DNA from: Spirochaeta sp. | GTDB lineage: Bacteria; Spirochaetota; Spirochaetia; DSM-27196; Alkalispirochaetaceae | DNA length: 41,561 bases | Assembly: GCA_027859055.1 (NCBI GenBank) | Contig: JAQIBO010000280.1 | Coordinates: forward strand, 1 to 41,561 | Direction of reading: 5' to 3' | Shown here: piece after piece, positions 38,206 through 41,561 of the stretch | Position numbering within the stretch: the stretch's first letter is position 1 | How the letters are laid out: every line of letters starts with the position of its first letter | The notes under the pieces: model-generated | Told to the model about the DNA's origin: nothing | Seen by the model: only the letters and a program-made list of their open reading frames with translations | Database searches by the model: none | Made by a program: the position numbers and the translations under genes

Positions 38206-38237
38206 ACCCGGTGCGGATACTCCGTACCGGGTTTTTT
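38206..38237 (+). terminator. Intrinsic terminator of the RRM operon
   Basis: ACCCGGTGCGGA-TAC-TCCGTACCGGGT plus T run. Confidence 0.85.
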
Positions 38238-38277
38238 CATAGACGATTCACGGAAAAATGCGTAAAGTGTTCGGGCG

Positions 38278-39321
38278 ATGAACAATACAGCACCAATCGG
38301 TACGACCGCACCCGCGGTGTTTGGTATCGGAAATCCGTTGATCGATGTCGTTATCCAGGCGCAGGACAGCGACCTGGCCGAGCTCGTCGTCGATAAAGGC
38401 ATTATGCACCTCGTTGACGAGGAACGGCAGCAGGAAATTCTCACCCATTTCGGTGACGCTCCCCGCACCTACCGTCCCGGTGGGGCTGCTCCAAACACCT
38501 TGCTCGCTCTCGCCGGTCTTGGTGTTCCCGCCGCGGTCTGCGGCAAGATCGGGAACGACGAGTTCGGTCAGACCTACAACGAACAGGTTGCGGCGTACGG
38601 AATCACCTCTCGTCTCATTATGGGCAACGGCGCAACCGGGTCCAGCGTTATCCTCGTAACTCCAGATGGTGAACGGACGATGAACACCCACCTGGGAATG
38701 TGCCGGGAATTCGGCGCTGCTGATCTGGATGAGGATCTGTTGCGCAAGTCTCGATATCTGTATTTTACCGGGTACATGTGGGACACGGAGGTACAGAAAG
38801 CGGGAATCCGCCGCGCCATCGACGTCGCACGCGACGCCGGTGTTCTGGTTGCGTTCGACCTCGCCGACCCGTTTGCGGTGGAACGCTACCGGACCGATTT
38901 TCTTGATCTCCTCCGGGACGACGTGGATATCGTCTTCGCGAACGGAACGGAAGCACAAATCCTGTACGGAACGAACGACGCCGAAGAGGCCGCCCGAGCC
39001 CTGGGGGAACACGTGCGTGTTGCCGCCCTCAAAGTCGGCAAAGAGGGATCGATTGTGGTTCAACACGAGGCGTCGACGCGGGCGATCCGCCTGACTTCGG
39101 TACCCGGACGGCCGCTCAACGTGATAGATACCACCGGCGCGGGTGATATGTTTGCGGCGGGATTTCTCGCTGCTCTTGCGACTGAGCGCGACGTGGTGAG
39201 CGCCGCGCGCGCCGCCGGTTGGCTTGCCGAAGCGGTGATTCAGCAGATCGGTGCGCAATTCACGGTCGAAAAAATCCGTGAACTGCGGGCAGAAATGGAC
39301 ACCGCGATACAGGCCGAGTGA
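38278..39321 (+). CDS. PfkB-family kinase, adenosine-kinase-like
   Basis: GIGNPLID, PGGAAPNT, GKIGNDEFG, VTPDGERTMNTHLG, DTTGAGDMFAAGFL. Confidence 0.85.
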   Translation: MNNTAPIGTTAPAVFGIGNPLIDVVIQAQDSDLAELVVDKGIMHLVDEERQQEILTHFGDAPRTYRPGGAAPNTLLALAGLGVPAAVCGKIGNDEFGQTYNEQVAAYGITSRLIMGNGATGSSVILVTPDGERTMNTHLGMCREFGAADLDEDLLRKSRYLYFTGYMWDTEVQKAGIRRAIDVARDAGVLVAFDLADPFAVERYRTDFLDLLRDDVDIVFANGTEAQILYGTNDAEEAARALGEHVRVAALKVGKEGSIVVQHEASTRAIRLTSVPGRPLNVIDTTGAGDMFAAGFLAALATERDVVSAARAAGWLAEAVIQQIGAQFTVEKIRELRAEMDTAIQAE

Positions 39322-39340
39322 CAGAGACGGTGTGAAACGC

Positions 39341-41561
39341 CTACTCTTCCACCAGCCACTCTCCCGGTGGTAGCAGCGCTGCCGGGTCGCCTGCCGCAGA
39401 CGCGCGGGGCACGGCGGCCCGTCCGGGCGCGCTCGTTTCCTCGGCGGCAACTCCCGACGGCGGCACTATTACCGACAGTCGCGCCGCACGCGCCGGGTCC
39501 ACCTCCGCCAAGCGCCGGACCGTCTCTCGCGCTTCCCGTCCGTTACCCGCAATGAAATTCGCCCGGGCGATCAGTTCCAGCACCACCGGAGATCCGGGTC
39601 GCAAGCGGTTCGCCTGGTCCAGATGTACCAGTGCCATTTCGGCATCACCACCGGTGAGCGCGAGATTGGCAAGATTGACGTACGCCGGCACGTAATCGTT
39701 CTTCAGTTCGATAATTTCCGAAAAATACTCCCGCGCCCGGTCGCCATACCCGAAACGGGCATTGAGAATCCCCAGTCGATTCAGAACCGGGATGCGTCGC
39801 GATCCGGCGCGTTGCGGCAGGCGTTCTTCCAGATTTCTGCGGCCCGCGGTGTAGACGATCTCATCGACATCCCGGGAGGAGCGGGAGACCATCTCTGCGA
39901 TCGCGTGTGTCGGCGGCTCGGTGATGGTAAAGCTTGCGTCCGGCAGCGGAAGGGCGCTGTAGCGTTCCCGGGCGGCGCGGGTCGGGATGATTTCCACCTC
40001 TTCGTGGGGCTCGTGCCGCCGATACAGCTGCGTTCCCTCCTGCCACGCCGTGGCAAACCCGCGGTTTACAACGGTGGTTTCCACGGGGATCCACAACGTG
40101 CCGTCGTAGGGTATCGCGATCGTCCCGCTGGTTTCAAACATCCACGCGTTGGCGACCGGTTCGCGCGTATCCACGGCGATCATGACGTGCCCCGGAGTGG
40201 TGACGATTGCGGTGTCCAGTCCGGCGGCCTCGTACAGCGACGCCAGCAACGCACTGGTATCGTCGCAGTCCCCGGAGCGGTAGTACAGCGTCAGTCGGGG
40301 AAACCGTACCGTGTCGACCGCCTGCTCGGCGCCGTGAACTTCGGAAAACGGGCTGCGCGGGTCCTCAACGTAGTTGATACCGTAGCGGCCCATCGCATCG
40401 GCAAGGCGAATCGCCCGAACCATGCGCGGCGAGACGCTTGCAATGCCGGTGGGGATGCGCCCACTACCGGCGTTCGCGCTGCCGGCCGCGCCCGCTCGCT
40501 CAGCGTCCTGCAGCGCCGCGAGAACACGAAGGGCGAACCCGGCGACAACATCCTCGTTGGGCGTAATAAAACTCGCGAGCTTCGCACTGTCGTCCCAGAT
40601 CAACGCCGAGCGGCGGTGGATCGTCGTTGTCACGGTCCGGCTGACGCTGAACGGGCCGCTCCCGCGCCGTCCTCCGGTCTCACGGTTTTCACTATCCTCA
40701 CCCCACGTCCCTTCCCCGGCAACCGCGTAGGTAACCCGGAGCGTCACCTGAACCGCCAGATCCTCCTGCAGTTCCAGAGCGCTCCGGTTCAGGACAACCG
40801 GCAGATCGACAGCCACCCGCTGTCCGGGACCGATCAGATCCGGAACGGCGATCTCCGTCTCACCATCACTGAATCCCCCCACCGAAACGGTGACCGCGGC
40901 GATCTCCACCGTCTGATCTCCAGGATTTGCCAGTTCAAACGCGCCGGCGCCCCCTGACCGATACTGTTGCAGTAACACCGGAAAAAGCGGTTCCACCGTG
41001 AGATTGGCCACCTCCAGGGGATACGCCGGTTCGTCAGGGACGTTCCGCTCGGTAAACGCAGCCTCAAGTGCGGCCTTCGCCCGCTGCATCCCGGTGTTCC
41101 CCGGCTCAAGGTTGAGAATCTGCTCGTAAAGCCGAATCGTCCGGCTGTAGTCGCGGCGGGCGGTTTCCCGTCCGAAATCTGTCAGCAGACGCCGCACCTG
41201 CTCATCCAGCCGGGTAACCTGCCGACCGAGCAGACGACTTTCCAGCGCGTCTATCTGCTCCATCGCCTCCATCGAGAAGGGGTCTTCCGTCAGCGCCTGC
41301 TGCCACTGCGCCTGCGCCATCTCCAGGGCGCCGCGTTCCTCGTACAGCGCCGCTTTTCGCCCGTACAGTTCCGCTTTCCGCGTCGTATCGTTTTCCGCCC
41401 GGCGAATCGCCGCGTTAATCGCCACGATCTCCCCGGTGAAGTCCGGCAACCCCGCCGGGCCGCGTGGAGCGCCGGCGCGCCGTTCCGCCAGCCGGATCAA
41501 CCGCTGACCGGTAGCATCCGCCAGGTACACCGTGCCCGATTCCTGGTGCCACGCCACCCCC
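39341..41561 (-). CDS. Large TPR protein with a transglutaminase-like domain, 5' end outside the window
   Basis: Open frame to the window edge; TPR-like helices at both ends; beta-rich middle; GDCDD...PGHV...WIPVETT; NHL-like VYLAD fragment at the truncated start. Confidence 0.75.
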   Translation of the reverse strand, partial: GVAWHQESGTVYLADATGQRLIRLAERRAGAPRGPAGLPDFTGEIVAINAAIRRAENDTTRKAELYGRKAALYEERGALEMAQAQWQQALTEDPFSMEAMEQIDALESRLLGRQVTRLDEQVRRLLTDFGRETARRDYSRTIRLYEQILNLEPGNTGMQRAKAALEAAFTERNVPDEPAYPLEVANLTVEPLFPVLLQQYRSGGAGAFELANPGDQTVEIAAVTVSVGGFSDGETEIAVPDLIGPGQRVAVDLPVVLNRSALELQEDLAVQVTLRVTYAVAGEGTWGEDSENRETGGRRGSGPFSVSRTVTTTIHRRSALIWDDSAKLASFITPNEDVVAGFALRVLAALQDAERAGAAGSANAGSGRIPTGIASVSPRMVRAIRLADAMGRYGINYVEDPRSPFSEVHGAEQAVDTVRFPRLTLYYRSGDCDDTSALLASLYEAAGLDTAIVTTPGHVMIAVDTREPVANAWMFETSGTIAIPYDGTLWIPVETTVVNRGFATAWQEGTQLYRRHEPHEEVEIIPTRAARERYSALPLPDASFTITEPPTHAIAEMVSRSSRDVDEIVYTAGRRNLEERLPQRAGSRRIPVLNRLGILNARFGYGDRAREYFSEIIELKNDYVPAYVNLANLALTGGDAEMALVHLDQANRLRPGSPVVLELIARANFIAGNGREARETVRRLAEVDPARAARLSVIVPPSGVAAEETSAPGRAAVPRASAAGDPAALLPPGEWLVEE

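Overview
GC-rich bacterial chromosome window spanning the replication origin, most likely from a free-living spirochaete (Spirochaetaceae-like). The assignment is inferred from the Borrelia-type order gyrA-gyrB <-> dnaA-dnaN-recF-DUF721-rpmH-rnpA-yidC-jag, a 51-aa L34, tRNA-Arg(GCG) and TRL/Bor-type lipoproteins. The origin looks bipartite: phased DnaA boxes upstream of dnaA, and DnaA boxes plus DnaA-trios plus an AT-rich tract between dnaA and dnaN. Two parS sites and parA-parB lie on one side; on the other are a third DnaA-box cluster and a gcvH-ahcY-metK-metF block with two structured leaders. Also present: adenosine-salvage genes (deoD, add, PfkB kinase), an amino-acid ABC transporter, all four tRNA-Ser isoacceptors plus tRNA-Arg(GCG) interrupted by a four-lipoprotein cassette with a duplication scar, SRP RNA-dnaX-ebfC-recR, a PilZ protein, an RRM protein with a small charged partner, and the 3' part of a large TPR/transglutaminase-like gene. 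No IS, integrase, prophage or CRISPR array is visible. Most of the window is housekeeping. The best novelty candidates are the pseudoknotted gcvH leader, the SAH-riboswitch-like element before ahcY, and the lipoprotein cassette inside the tRNA array. All family calls are by motif recognition; no searches were run.
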